Source: Azolla caroliniana
Taxonomy: Eukaryota; Plantae; Polypodiophyta
DNA length: 64,000 nucleotides
Assembly (NCBI GenBank): GCA_043228905.1
Contig: JBHGNT010000013.1
Coordinates: 4,278,001 to 4,342,000, forward strand
Direction of reading: 5' to 3'
The position numbers and the translations under genes were made by a program. The notes beneath the pieces are model-generated. The model did not search any database and had not been told where the DNA came from. It was given only the letters and a program-made list of their open reading frames with translations. Of this stretch, positions 1 to 12,716 are shown one piece after another (the first letter of the stretch is position 1; every line of letters begins with the position of its first letter).

Positions 1-702
1 TCTAGTGGGAGGAGCTGGTTGTTTGGGCCGAGAAGAGTCGACAGTCGAAGACAAGGAGGAGCCGACTGTTCGGGTCGAGTACCGATAGTTGAAGAGTCGA
101 CAATAGAGAGTCAACTGATTAACTGTCGATTATTATTATTGTGATAATAATAATAATAATATAGTAGAGGCTACATTTGTAAATAACCTATATGATGTAT
201 GAGTATGAATACATCTAGGGCAAAAAATATAGTAAAGAGAGAGAGAGAGAAAGAAAGAAAGCAAGAAATATTAACGTCTTCTAAGGCCAAAATTGGCCCA
301 TGAGACAAATGGTTTACAAAAAAATGGGATATTTACCCATTCATCGAAAGTAAAAATAAAAATAAAATAAAAAATAGAGAGAGAGTTGAAACAATACTGT
401 GTGAGCCTCTGTTGGTGCTAGTGATAGAGAAGAGAGGTCGAGAGGTCGAGAGAGTGGCACCGTAGCCGAGTGAGGTTTGATGCCAAGAGCCCTGTGTGGC
501 TGTTACACTTTGTAGAGAGAGAGTGTTATAATCTCATCATCTTGTATATCCACTGTATAGTGAAGATTTGTTCTCCAGTGGTTTCCCCTCGTTTATGGTT
601 TCCGCGTCGTAAATCACTGTGTATTGTGGATTTGCTGTTTCCGTGTGTATTTTGTATTTCTGAGTTAGTATTTCTCACAGGTTTGAGATTTGATTCTCAA
701 TA
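1..702 (+). mobile_element. 3' part of a Copia-type LTR inserted into a LINE; left boundary lies outside the window
   Basis: U5-like motif GTGGTTTCCCC...GGTTTCCGCGTCGTAAAT (578-614) resembles the LTRs at 15276 and 41707. It ends ...CTCAATA (decayed CAACA), directly followed by LINE ORF2 sequence matching the reverse complement of ~53700-53732. Confidence 0.5.
250..378 (-). mobile_element. Short (~130 bp) non-LTR element: SINE-like or 5'-truncated LINE 3' end, copy 1
   Basis: Near-identical to 63666..63796. On the minus strand it ends in hairpin GGGCCA-ATTT-TGGCCT, then GAAGACGTTAATAT and a (TTTC)n tail. It sits inside a (GA)n tract. Confidence 0.65.
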
Positions 703-1765
703 GTTCCTTCAAATTATAGATGGAATGAATGTGCTACACGCCACTTAGAGGCGGGTAAGTGAGCATACTATGCATTTGAGAACACATGCAATCTTGGCGA
801 TATTAATTGTTGGGTTCTCAAGAAATATCTTTTCGACACTTTGGTGACATTGGTTCTTCTCTATGGGGTGGAAGTATGGGGCGGTAGCCTCCCTAAATCT
901 ATGTGGAAAGAGTTTGAAAATGTCCAAAAACATTTTCTTACAAAGTTTCTACAAACACCCTACATCCTCCTCCTCCTTGAGATGGGATCGCTTCCCATTG
1001 AGATCATGGCCATGGAAATGGTTCTTGAATACATGCTTAAGGTTCAAAAAAGTCCCTCACATCGACTTCCTAGAATTGTGTGGGAAGCAAGCAAAAAGAT
1101 CCAAAAGACGCATAAAAGCAAAATTTTGTGTTCCGGTTGGATGCAAGATATAGAAAAATGGTTTGGTAGATGGGATGCAAGACACTTGCTTCATGATGCA
1201 TCATTAGATTCCTCAGTAAATGAGGCCTTTTTGCAATGCCAATGTATCATGGCATGGGACAAATGTGGAAGCTCTTGCTTCACACATTATATTACACATG
1301 TTGAACGTAACTACAAAACCAATTTCTTCGCGGAACAATGAAACCGTACACATCAATACATGTTAGAGCCCATCCCGTTATCTACCATTCGAACCATTGC
1401 TTCCATGCAACTTAGCTCACATGCACTACGATGTGAGACGGGGCGTTAGGGCACAAGTGATGAGAGTGGCCGGTTATGCACACTTTGCCCTAAACAAGTT
1501 TGAGAGTCTTAAGTATCACACTTTGCCACAATGCTTTGCCTTTGATCATATTCGACCATGCTTTCCACATGTCTTTGATCGAGCCCAATCCTTGCACGAA
1601 TTTCTCTCACAACCACAATGTGCACTCTCGATTGCAACATTCATTGGTAAAGTTCTTGAACATCGAGAGTCGCTACTCACTTTCACACGTATCACGTGAA
1701 GTGTAATATTTTTTGGTCTCATAGGTCATATTTGACCTCCGTGACGATAATATAATCTATCTTTG
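703..1765 (+). mobile_element. 3' end of LINE ORF2 (RTEX/CR1-group-like), frameshifted pseudogene
   Basis: ORFs 841..1341 and 1397..1699 carry LLYGVEVWG and the C-terminal LSSHALRCETG...CTLC...H...QC motif. Homologous to 52652..53730 (-). Ends in a hairpin plus an ATCT/CT microsatellite tail. Confidence 0.85.
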
Positions 1766-1867
1766 TCTCTGTCTCTGTCTCTCTTTGTGGGTGTTTGGGA
1801 TTTTACCGAAGACCATCATCATGGCATGTATAGAGAGGCTTTGGTGTTTTCCCTGGCCATTTTTCAG

Positions 1868-2248
1868 AGGGGCATTGCCGGGCAAATAAAGGAAAAGAAT
1901 GCAAAGGGAAGGGCATTTGGGGAAATAAAGATAAAGAATGCGAAGGAAAGGGCATTTGGGGAAATAAAGGAAAAGAATGCGAAGGAAAGGGCATTTGGGG
2001 AAATAAAGAAAAAGAATGCGAAGGGAAGGGCATTTGGGGAAATAAAGGAAAAGAATGCAAAGGGAAGGGCATTTGGGGAAATAAAAGAAAAAGAATGCAA
2101 AGGGAAGGGCATCTGGGGAAATAAAAGAAAAAGAATGCAAAGGGAAGGGCATCTGGGGAAATAAAAGAAAAAGAATGCAAAGGGAAGGGCATTTGGGGAA
2201 ATAAAGGAAAAGAATACAAAGGAAAGGGCATTTCGGGAAATAAGGAAA
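1868..2248. repeat. Minisatellite, 39-40 bp unit (GAAATAAAGGAAAAGAATGCAAAGGGAAGGGCATTTGGG), about 9-10 copies
   Basis: Tandem units directly visible, with no spacers. Explains the repetitive ORFs at 1757-2459. Confidence 0.95.
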
Positions 2249-2283
2249 ACGCTCTGAAGAGAGAGAGGGGTTCCATAGCAGAC

Positions 2284-2308
2284 AGAGAGAGAGAGAGAGA
2301 GAGAGAGA
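2284..2308. repeat. (GA)n microsatellite upstream of the PWI-RRM gene; a second tract lies at ~2829-2857 at the start of intron 1
   Basis: Directly visible. Confidence 0.9.
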
Positions 2309-2688
2309 CAGGTTCTCTCCCTTCCTCTGCTCTGCTCTGCTCTGCCTCCGATTTCATCGCGATCTCCACCCCCGCCATAGCCTCCGCTCTTCCTTCTTCG
2401 TCTTCTTCTTCTTCCGCTTCTTCTTCTTCAACCCTAAAGAGAATCAAGAGTACCCACACACATGAAACCTAGCAGAGCAAGAACAGGACCGTGGACCTTT
2501 CGGTACTACACACACGCGGACCTGCTATCCCTGACTGCTAAACGCGAGATAAAGATAAGGACACACGTGCAGCTACAGGTGCACAGTTAAATCCGTGGTG
2601 ATAGCAAATAGAAACGGAGATATAGAACCATAGAGAAATAGAGATACAGACAGAGAGAGAGAGAGACATAGAGATACATATTGAAGCA

Positions 2689-2826
2689 ATGGCTTCTTTG
2701 TTCGATGGAGGAGACCTCACTTTCTCTCTTGATGTCGGCGGTGATGGTGCTGCATCGCTCCGGACTACGATCATGAAGAAGCTTTCTGAATTCATGGGGA
2801 GCTACACCGATGACGTCCTTGCGGTA

Positions 2827-2859
<33 letters not shown>

Positions 2860-5800
2860 CTGTGTCAAGTGTCTGTGTGGAGACCATGAGTACATTGGCT
2901 CAATACACTGACAGGAGATATAGTTTGGAGAAATGATATACTGACAGGAGATATAGTTTGGAGAAATGATATATGGTGTAACACAGACTTGCAAGAAGTA
3001 GAGAGAGAAGAAGGATAATAGCAAACACAAAGAAATGAAAAAAAGAAAGAAGGATAAATTAAATTCTTTTAAGTGGCCAGAATGTACAATGTCCCATCAG
3101 AATGACTGAATGATCCCATATTAAAATGTTGTCTCATCTTTGTTAACAACTAACCAAAATAAATATCACTAATTTAGTGTACAGTCTAAGATACCAGAGA
3201 ATCTTGCTAGCTATGCGCTTAACATACTGAGAGTTGTCTTTGAGATATCTTTATTTTACTGATGGGACAAATTTTCTCTCCATGCATGAATTGAAAGAGA
3301 TTAATATGAAAATACTGCTAATCTTTAGGAATGTATATATATATATATATATATATTGTCCAGTTCCATATATGAATATTTCCACCTGGCAACTTTTTCC
3401 CCAGTGGTTAACCAAGAGGCCCTTTTTGTGCTTGTTTAAATTTTAACTTCTGAAATAAATAAACCCACCTTATGATATACTCTAATTGTTGGGGGTTGTT
3501 CAGTGTTGCTTCTTAGAGGATGATCCAATGTTGTTTATAACTTCATGGTGTACTTGCTCATAGTATATTCTTGATGCTTCTAAAGTTCAGCATTCCGTAT
3601 TTAAAATATACTTAACCTAATAGCACACATTATATCTTGGCGTTTATATAATACTGAAGAGCCATGTAATGTATCCAAATCTTTAAGAGACGTAGGATTT
3701 CTGGATTCCTTCACTTGTCATCTCATGATGATGACAAAAATATGGATCTGATATATCTCTTATGTTTACCAAACATAAACCACCAACCATCAGGCAATGG
3801 CACTGTGCTTTATCTAAATGGGTTTTTCCAAGAGAATTAATTGTATTGGTTCCATCACTCAACAGTATTTAAGGAATTAGAAGTATTTCAGAGAATCCTT
3901 AATTTACAATACCATTATGATACTCATTAGCTATGACCTCTGTTTAAGGCTCCATAGTCCTGAAATGTGGTTCTTTTACAATATCAGGAAGCTGCTAAAT
4001 CTTTTTGCAAAAGAATGATTTTGATTCACTTTGGTGGTTATGTGTGCTTATGTGCTTCTTAGTCCTGTCTATTTCTAATAAAAGGTTAAAAAAGATGTCT
4101 GCAACAGACCGTGTTTTACTTTTTAACATGGAAGAATGTACACTACAGGAGTATGTGGTAGTTCTTGTGGGACATGGTAAGCATCGAATGCAAGCTATTA
4201 ATGATCTCAAGGCTTTTTTGGGTGATCAGAGTGAAGCTTTTGTAAGCTGGTCAGTTACTCTCACTTTATTTCCTCATTGTCTTGTCCTTTATCACCTGTT
4301 TGCTCATCTTGCTATGTCTATTGCTGCAGGCTATGGGACCACTTAGGCTCTAATATACACTTGTATGCATCACACACAAATGGGTCTTCTCTGAAGTTTG
4401 ACATGGGTAATGTGGAGCAACTTGGAGAAACCGAAGTCGAGAAGGAGATTATAAAAGGCACACCTGAAATTTCTACGGTAACATGAATAATGATTAACCT
4501 GATTCTAAAATATTATTGTGGAGGTTGTCATTCCCGTTTAATCTTTGAAGGTGAAAGAGAAGAGTCATGATCAAATGCTTACTGAAGGTGGGAGATTGAT
4601 CAGCTTTAGGAAGGATATTACTGACACGAAAATGAGAAAGAAAATGGGTTCCACAGTGTCATTGAATAATACACAAGGGGAATCAAGTGGTGTAACTCGA
4701 GCACATACTTACTCAGCAAAACGATCACGTTCTCCAGATTCTTGGGCTCAGAATGAAAGCTCGGTATCTGAAAAGCTGAAGGTTTGCCCATTATTTGACC
4801 TTGTGAACCCAAAATATAGTAGGTTCTATTTATCTACTTGAATGTTCTTGTTTACAGTTTTAAATTTCTGCAGAGGCATTTGTCTCCTCCACGCATCAAT
4901 GCTACACGGCGACTATTGCAATCAGCTGTTAGAGAAGCGGTTGCACCAAATACTGGTCATACAAAGCCAAACACTAGTCATACGAAGCGAGTAATTCGAG
5001 AGGAAATCATGTCAATATCAGGTCATTCACGAAGAGGAAGATCTTCCATAGAACGCATCCAGTCCACTGTGTCAGCTACAGTCGGTAAGATGTGAACTCA
5101 TGATTTATTCAAAACTTTATGATTGAATTTCTAGGATTTCCTATTGCCTTGAAATATGAATATCCATTTTATACTGTTGTGTACAAATTTTTATGGAAGT
5201 GATTGATTTGTGGTGTTGCAGAGGATTCAGAGATTACTACTGCACAACATGCTGCAGAAGATCAACATAGACCTATTTCTAGGCAGAGTAAGAGGGCCAG
5301 GCCGGCAATAATGATGGCAATGAAAGCTGCAGCAGCTGCTGCAGAGGATGCATCAAAATCAAGAGGAAGGCTTGGAGGCAATATATGGGAAAGGCTGGGG
5401 AAGAAACCTGTTGAAGTTGTTGATGATAAGGCTGAAGAGAATGCACGATATATTTATGAAGGGGGTGTAGAAGCCAGGTTAAATAGTGAGCATGATAATG
5501 AACAAGACATGAATAGGCAGAGGTTAGAGAAAGCTGATGCCATTAGTGAAGGATCCATAGAAGATGCTGTGGTTTCCAACTCTCTCTTTGATGATTATGT
5601 GGAACAATCAGCCTCTAGCCGAAATATATATCAAGTAAAGAGGAAGGAAAGGAAATATGATGTTGAGAGTAACGGAGAAAGTTTAGTAAGTGATGATAAT
5701 GGCAGGGAATGTGAACATATGAAGTCTACTGATAGACGGAAGCAGAATCAAGAAGAGTCTGTAAGAGTAGAGTATAGGCTGGCTCGGAATACAGAAGGAA

Positions 5801-8800
5801 CCACAAAAGAATCACATTTACAGAAGGGATCAGGAGTATCTTCAGCATTGGCTAGCCCTTCTCAAAAGATTGTCAATATATCTGTGAATGTTAATACTTG
5901 GAAGCATGGGAGTTTTGAAAAGTTAAAAGAAACAGGAAGCAATGAGCAAACCTCTTCATTCTCAATCCCTAACCAGCCACAAGAACAGCTGGACAGAATT
6001 GCAGTTGCTAATACAACAAGTGTGATTTTGGAACAGGAGAATGCTGGTGATCTGGTACTTACCATCTCTCTTTGTCTTTTGGAACTTGGATTCTGGTGAA
6101 TGCAATAAGCTAATGAATGTTTTTGCATTGTTTGTTGCATTCTGTTTCATTATAACTGGTAAATACTACAACAAAGAAGAAAGTTGATGACGCACAGCGA
6201 GAAGTAACAACCATAAGTGGTAGACAACCAGAGGTGATAAGCGAAGCACAAAAAGTAGCTGCATTAAGTCTGCCAGCAGGTAAGGATGTTAGAAATATTT
6301 TCTTATGGTTTCATGTGAACATTTTTTGTCATCAAGTGCTGCAAATAATATGACATTTAATAAAATTCGAAGGCAAAGAAGTTGGAATCATAGCTTTCCA
6401 TATGTCAACAATGCAAAATGCCCTTGGATATTGAAATATGAAAAAAGTGTAGGTGAAGCTTCAAGAAATACCAAAGATGGTGCATCATATCACACTATAA
6501 AATCTAAGATGTCAGGTTAATTAGAAAATGCCTTAATAAATAATATGAACACTTTGTTCATGAAGTGCCACAAATATTATGATAATATTCAAATGCAAAG
6601 AAGTTAGAATCACAATTTTCCATATGGCAACAATGCGAATTACATATGGATATGGAAATAGCATTTCGTAACATGGAGTAAGGAATGTCCATCTCTATGG
6701 GTTCATGATTCTTGGTCGTTGGAACATTCTATTAATGTTTTATTCATTTAGGATTTTGAATTGGAAATTAAAGTTTGAACAGATAAGAGAGGCATGTAAA
6801 GACTATTGGGAGTAAATGTAAACATTAGTTGTAAAGAAAAGAGCCATTACTTAAACTTATAGAGGAAAAGGATTAGTAACATGCAAGCTTATGTAGGCAT
6901 GGGAATGGATGAAGGAGAGTGAAGAGTGGGTTTCTTCAATCATACAAGTTAACAACTTGGGCACCTTCAATGTGCTTCGCTATCCTACTTCAGAATTAAC
7001 CCACTCTTCAGTCTCCTTCACCCATTCCCAGACCTACATAAGCTTGCATGCTGCTAATTCTTTTCCTCTATAAGTTTAAGCAATGACTCGTTTGTTTCTG
7101 TTATCTGAGCTGCATTAAAGAATGAATGAATATTCAGGCTTTCTTGAAAGTTCAAAAAAACCTCAGTAGCCATTTATATTACAGTATTCTTTTTCTTCCG
7201 CACCTTGAGTAGCTAGGCTACTGATCCTTCTCAGGTGACCTTGCTGTGACGAAAAAAAAAGTTAGATACTGAAGGTGTCTCCATTTCAAATACACTCCTC
7301 ATTGAAGGGTATTTAGTGATATGGATAAGCATGTATCTACTTGTCAATTCCCTCTCTATCTGATCCATTTCGTGAATCATGTAGCAGCAAGAAACTTGTT
7401 AGCAATCTATCCATATATCTGACAGGTTTTTCCGTTTAATCTCCACACTGCAAATAATTAATTAAATTCATCATCAGATGAATGATTAGACATTACAACA
7501 TTAAAGCAATCATGAACTTCGAAATTGGAACTTAGAAAGAGAAAAGATTGAAGGAAAGGAATTTAGAGATGAGAAAGAGAAGATAAAAGAAAGAGAGGAT
7601 AAAGACAATGAGAGTCATAAACTGTCAAGAAAGAAAAAACCTTGAGGAAGAATTATGTGCCTTGAAAAAATTCAAGGAGTCTGAGAAGCAGAAATAGTTG
7701 TAGAAGAAGCGTCGAAAAAACGAGAAAAAAAATTTGATTTAAAGAATAAGGTTCACATTAGATTGAAGGAGGAAGTTTTCACATTATATTAAGGGAGAAA
7801 GTTATAAGTGCTTAAATTGGTAGGACCATTTTTAGATACATTGAGAAAATAATTTTAATGCTGTTTTGGACTGTGTTTATGTATAATATTGTAGTACAAA
7901 CTCACCATTCTTTGCAGTTGTATGGTGTACAAAAACAACGCTAGAAGGAGATTCTATTGTAGCTGTGGGTTTCTGAGCTGTGAAGAGCTGGTAAATGTGT
8001 GGACTATATGACTTTGATGCTCCCATTGAGGTCATATGGGAGATCATGGTTCTATTCCATGCAATTGTTGGAATCTCTAAAAGCGAGTTCACTCTACTTG
8101 CATGCACATGCATGTCTACCCTTTTGGACATATATGTTTCAGAGGGCTTTGACTAAATAATGATGCACTAGAGTAGGAGATGGAGGGCTAGGTTTCATAG
8201 GTGCTTAGATCCCCTATTCATTTTATGCTGGTGATTTATGTGTACTTTATATACATAGATGCCCCTTTTACTTGATGCAAATTATTTGTGATCATCTTAT
8301 GACCTAGATTCTCGACAGGATCTACAAAGACACTTAGAATCTGTTTACTCTTTCTGAGGAGAGTAGGTTTAAGGTGAAATTAACCTGTGAATCTGTTCAC
8401 TCTTTCTGAGGAGAGTAGGTTTAAGGTGAAATTAACATGTAAAACCAAGGTGAAGCCTTTAATACTACCTTGCATTGTCTGTGATGTCTACAAAGACACC
8501 TAATCACACATATGGACAAGATAGAGTAGGATTTGTAGATTCTAATGCAGTGACTTGACTTAGTGTCTATGCTCTTTATGTGAGGTTCTGCAAATGTGAG
8601 ATTGACTAAAGTATAAACAACTTTAGGAGAATTGCAGAGGATGCACTAAATTGTGGGACGGGGCACTGGTTACATTAATAGCATTATAGTACACATTTGG
8701 GGCTCATCTTAGACCACCTTACAGATTTGGGTGCACCTATGACTTAAGAGATGACTCTTATATCCAGGATCACTCAGATGACTTGGGTTAATGTTTGAAT

Positions 8801-11800
8801 CAAGATGGCTGCACCAGTGATTGTAGTAGACCCCCTTGCACAGTACATGGAAGCTCCCTCAAGATAGATATGTTCTGCCAGTTTTCTTGTCTTAGTATGA
8901 GTTTCAGTGACAGAGACTTCATATCAGTATGGTAAGAGGACATCTTGGCACGGATATGCTACCTCCCTTTTTAATACTCATTGGATGTACGCACCTCATG
9001 TTGACACACTTTATGATTTGCAGGATTATGGGGCTGTCCTTATCCAGTCGGGTGTTAGGAGGACATGACCAACCTCTTCATGACAGCTAAGGATGAGACC
9101 ATCTTCTTCATATATATATCCATTTATAACATGACCGTAGATGTTCTAGCGGTCATCTATGCACCTCCACACACCAGAAATAACATGAGATTGCGTACTG
9201 TACTTGTCTATATACGACATATTATGAGATCCAGAGGTGCTTTCACTTAACAGAAGGTTTTGAATGCCTTTTGTACATGTACAACCGTTTATCACACGAC
9301 CTTAGGTGTTCTAATAATCAGCTATGAACCTCCACACATTAGAGTGAACATAAGATAGAGACTATGCTTTTCTGTATACAATATATTATGAAATCTTTAG
9401 ATGCTTTCATCTTTGAAGAGGGTTTGGATACCCTGTCCTGGCTCATGGATGGCAATAATAGCACACTTAAAAGTCCAAACACAGATTGCAGATTCTCCAA
9501 AGGTCCCAATGTCGGCACACCAATTTCTCATACATGAGCATACTACTTGAGGGAGTGTAATGTCACATGAAAATTACAAGGGTGCATGGGACAAGCTCAC
9601 ATGACCACCCCTAAGAACAGAAACAACTACATATGCTTGCAAGATTCCAAAAAGTAAAAGAAAGAGTGTTGACAAATACAGAACTACTTAAATACGAGGC
9701 AGGCATGACATACATTTGCTTGGAATACCTAGAATTAAATTAGAAAAATCATCTACAGCTATACCTGAAGTATTTTAAAGAATGAGAACATCAGGATCCT
9801 CTTCTTTCACAGAAGCAATATAAAGTATTAATTAAGCGAGTCTAAAAGCTTTTGCCGTCTCATCTGATAATTTGCCAAAGGTAAAATGTTATCTGCATAA
9901 TCAGAAGCAATGCTGCGAAATCCAATGGCTGGTTTTTCCACATGTTCTTCTGAGGAAAATGATCTACCACAATACCTGGACTATCTTAAAAAATGAGATC
10001 ATTAACATACTCTTCTTGCAACAGAATAAATATGCTAAAATTACGGATTGTATCTAAAAGATTTCTCTATATCAGCTAAGAATATGCCAGAAGTTCAACA
10101 TCATGTACATGAATTAGAATCAATAATATGAAAGGTTCAACGCCTGGTTTTTCTTCATGTTCTCCTGAGGGTTCTTGGGTGAACTAGTTAATACACAAAC
10201 AAATAGAGTAGGTGATTGAGGGCGTCCTTGTTTCAAATCCATGCTGCTCATGAACTCTTGAGAAAAACCTGTCTTCAACCTGCATTTTTACTTACTGGTA
10301 TAACAGGGCCAATGTTGTTTTCATGTGTTGGTACTAAAGTTTTTTCAATTCTTTCCCATAACTTTGCCCTGGGGATCATGTTTAAAACATCCTTGAAACC
10401 CACAAAACAATAGTATATTTATTGTCCTTCAAGCTGTCATTCCTCTTAACTGCCTGCAGGCACATGGTTCTCTAGCTGTCATTCCTCCTTAACCTCCTTG
10501 TCTCCAGTTCTCTAACTGTGTTTTTCAGCATATTCACTCAGTTGATGTTCTGCATTACTGTTTAGATGTTACAATCTGAAGGTTAGGGGATTTGCAGCTA
10601 TGCCATTTTGGTCTTTTTTCATGTATAATTGTTCTACATGTCAAGATTTCTCTACTGATTTAAAATCTGCTACCTACACGAATAAATAAGAGTGCGTGGT
10701 TATGGTTTTGTTTGAATGGCGTTGGTCCCTCATGGGCATTAATATATCATCATCATCGTTTTCATCATCTTTGTTACCATTTCCATCTCCATTGTCAACT
10801 CCATCTTCTCATAATTTCTTTCTTTGATTTTGGACATAAGCCTCGAATCAGTGTATTTATCAACAATTAGTCCACAAGAGATGGGAGAAGACTATTTCGT
10901 TTTTTGTATGCATCAGAGAATTTGCACCAATTTCTTTTACTTGGAGATACATGCGCCTGGAGAGACTACTGTAAATGTAGGAGTGCATATGATTCTCTGG
11001 TCCCTAATGACATATTTTCTATTATTTACTATTTCATAGTCTTGTACATGATGTCTGATTAGCCGACTTTGACCTCTATATATGCGGTGGTAAACGAGCC
11101 ACATACCGCCTGCAACTGTGATAGCACAAATATTAATTTTATTTTGGTTTTTCTCATGAAGTCTTCTGTTTTTTTACAAATCTATTTATAGTTCATTCTT
11201 TGATTCCTCCTGTGCCAATGTATTCTGTGTTTATAAACAAATTCTTTCTTTATTTCTGTAGGACCAAAACAAGCAAGGAAGCCTGATGATGCAGAGTCTC
11301 GAACTGTTTTCATAACGAATGTAAGCATGGGACATTTGTTATCATCATGAGATACCTGCTCTGCAATAGCAAGAGACTGAAATTTCTATTTTGTATATAG
11401 ATACATTTTGCTGCTTCAAAGGAATCTGTTACGGCTCATTTTGCATCTTGCGGTGGCATGGGAAGGGTGGTTATGCTGACCGATGGGGCAACAGGGCAGC
11501 CTAAAGGGTACCTTTAAGCTGTCGATATCCCATATCTCCTTCATTTCTAAAACTATCCTTGCAACTTACATTCTTATTTTTCTTTCCTGGCAGATCTGCA
11601 TACATTGAGTTCAAGACGAAGGATGCAGCTGATAGAGCCTTGGCTTTGAACGAGTCATCTTTCTTTTCAAGGCCACTGAAGGTCAGTTTTTTCCACTTCC
11701 CTGTTGTACAAAAACACAACCTTTAACCATTTGGCCACTTTTTTGACCTTTTTCTTCTGTTTAGTGCAACAATTTGAACTATGGGTAGGTGTGAATTTCA

Positions 11801-12716
11801 ACATTTTCCATTTAGAATATTTGTGATGTTTGTCTCTTATATGGCCATTTCAATAATGTGGTCAGTTGCAAAAGCACAATATGTAAGACAGTATCTTTTT
11901 TGACATTATTTTCTTGTGTTATTCATCCATTTGAACAATGTGCTCAGGCACAAAAAGCACATACCAAATACTATTGTTTTTATAGCGTATCCGTGCTATA
12001 CCACCATTTGAACAGTGTGTTTAAGGATAGACGAACCAATAATGTTTTTGATCCTTGTCTTTTCTTATAGAACCATGTCTGACTTATGCAAAAAAGCAAA
12101 CTTAATCACAGTATCAACTTTTGTTACTTAAGCAAGCTGCTCCCAACCTATAGCTTAGACAGGCCACCAGGCCAATCAAAACAAAGGATCTTCTTTCCAA
12201 AAGGTATGGATGTGCCACGTTTAACCTGTGTCATATGTACAGGTAGTTCGCAAAGATGCAGCCATACAAGCTATGCAAGAGATGAATCCTCTTATGCATT
12301 CAGCCCTCATGCGACGTCCTATACCACTAGCACTGCGGCTTCCTCTCAGGGGCAGGTTTATAAGGGGCTCACCTTTCCTTGTACCTCGAAGATTCCCCAC
12401 AATGCCGAGGCCTTATGGAAACTTTCCAAGCCTACAATGGAAGAGGGATGCTGCAATACCGCCTTCAGCTGCAACACCACCATCAACAACAGCACCTTCA
12501 TCTGTATTTGCGACGCCTGGGCGTCCAGCTCGTTCTCTATCATATGTGAGAGCGTCCAATACTATTGGTGCACCGTTGGTTGTGAAAACAGGGGAAAAAG
12601 GAACCGTTGCTGCTCCAGAAGAAAGTGGCAAGGATGTGAAGCTATTGGATGTTGGAAATAATGACACATGTGTGCCAAGTGCTGAGATGGATGATGTAGA
12701 GATGGAACAAGCATAA
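2689..12716 (+). CDS. PWI-domain / RRM RNA-binding protein (PABPN1-like C-terminal RRM), 11 exons, 829 aa
   Basis: Exons 2689-2823, 4149-4249, 4330-4477, 4551-4781, 4874-5084, 5222-6054, 6177-6279, 11262-11320, 11401-11507, 11594-11681, 12243-12716. All introns are GT-AG, phases are consistent and the total is 2490 nt. N-terminal PWI-like KKLSEFMGSYTDDVLAEYVVVLV...LKAFLGDQSEAFVSWLWDHL. RRM: DAESRTVFITNIHF...TGQPKGSAYIEF...ALALNESSFFSRPLKV. The exon 7 acceptor is the least certain. Confidence 0.9.
2908..2973. repeat. 33-bp tandem duplication in intron 1
   Basis: CTGACAGGAGATATAGTTTGGAGAAATGATATA x2. Confidence 0.9.
6841..7089. repeat. Intronic inverted repeat (fold-back/MITE-like), ~92-bp arms and ~65-nt loop
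   Basis: 6841-6932 is the reverse complement of 6998-7089 with about 9 mismatches. Confidence 0.9.
8337..8437. repeat. ~52-bp tandem duplication in the long intron
   Basis: GAATCTGTT(T/C)ACTCTTTCTGAGGAGAGTAGGTTTAAGGTGAAATTAAC x2. Confidence 0.9.

Noticed and set aside
1868-2248. CRISPR-like periodicity
   Set aside because: No unique spacers, eukaryotic context and no cas genes
1757-2459. Several 80-218 aa ORFs on both strands
   Set aside because: Artefacts of the minisatellite and the GA/CTT repeats
6358-6660. Degenerate ~80-bp direct repeat in the intron
   Set aside because: An old local duplication with no further structure
7780-9560. Possible decayed Gypsy integrase remnant in the long intron
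   Set aside because: Only faint motif traces; cannot be delimited or supported without a TBLASTN/HMM search
9765-9975. Antisense exon-like segment (AG...GT, ~58 open codons YCGRSFSSEEHVEKP...)
   Set aside because: Contains stops and I recognise no homology; could be chance, and BLASTX would decide
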